Below, piece by piece: positions 63,421 to 64,000 of a stretch of 64,000 nt of DNA. This DNA is from Bugula neritina. Its lineage: Eukaryota > Animalia > Bryozoa. The notes below the pieces were generated by a model that worked only from the letters and a program-made list of their open reading frames with translations, made no database searches and had not been told where the DNA came from. The DNA lies in assembly GCA_964035545.1 (NCBI GenBank), contig OZ037767.1, positions 10,798,581-10,862,580 of the forward strand, in the 5' to 3' direction. How positions within the stretch are numbered: position 1 is the first letter of the stretch; the number at the start of each line of letters is the position of its first letter. Position numbers and translations under genes: made by a program.

Positions 63421-64000
63421 TAAGATCGTACATGGGTTCTTAAACTTCAAACCTTATGTTACTGTATTTACATATTCTATGTTTGAATTAAGATCATCAC
63501 CTATATCCCATATGCCTGTTACATAAGGTTAATTTTAATCTACATAAAATGTACTTTTAGAAGGAAACACCTTAAAATCTTCAATTAAAAACTTATGATG
63601 GGTGTGTAATTTCAGCGTCAAGAATGTAATATAAAATTGTGATTAGTGTCTTTCCTGTGATGGGATATAAAATTATACTTGCTATCTGGCATTGTTCATC
63701 ATAGGTCCGGGTTAGGCCTATATGAACCAGGGCCTGGACTTTGGGCCTATATGAACCAGGGCCTGAACATTGCTTAAGAACAAAATCCTGCAAACTATTT
63801 CCATAAAAAACAATGTTGATGAAAATTTTGCAATACTGAAAAATACCATCAATCATAAGCTAAGAATATTTAAAAAATATTACTACAAGCATAAGTATGC
63901 CATATTGTATGTAAATACTTTCATTATGAATCTGTGTATATTGCTACGGCCTAGACTACAGATAGCTACAGATAGGTACAAGTAGCTACAAGTAGATACA

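Overview
This is AT-rich, intron-containing DNA from an invertebrate-type animal genome; the species cannot be named from sequence alone, and there are no prokaryotic features or CRISPR arrays. I built exon models by hand, checking GT-AG sites and reading frame. They give: DAP3/mS29 (-, 5 exons); cytosolic alpha-mannosidase MAN2C1 (+, 22 exons, about 1067 aa), which hosts an intronless antisense ELOVL6-like gene and an antisense tRNA-Pro(TGG) in its introns; NAA40 (+, 8 exons), which hosts an antisense CD225/dispanin-like gene in intron 1; and an NK2.2/vnd homeobox gene (+, 5' end unresolved). Mobile DNA includes two decayed RTE-type LINEs (one has a 10-bp target-site duplication and is interrupted by a 473-bp solo LTR), several MITEs and a tRNA-derived SINE. 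The most unusual signal is a set of unrelated minisatellites sitting on or next to splice junctions. Some copy the donor (7x) or acceptor (10x), one is packed with perfect AAG|GTAAGT sites, and one occurs as an inverted pair around two in-frame MAN2C1 exons and the tRNA gene, a circRNA or exon-skipping geometry. Gene names come from motif recognition, not database searches, and all functional readings of the repeats are inference.
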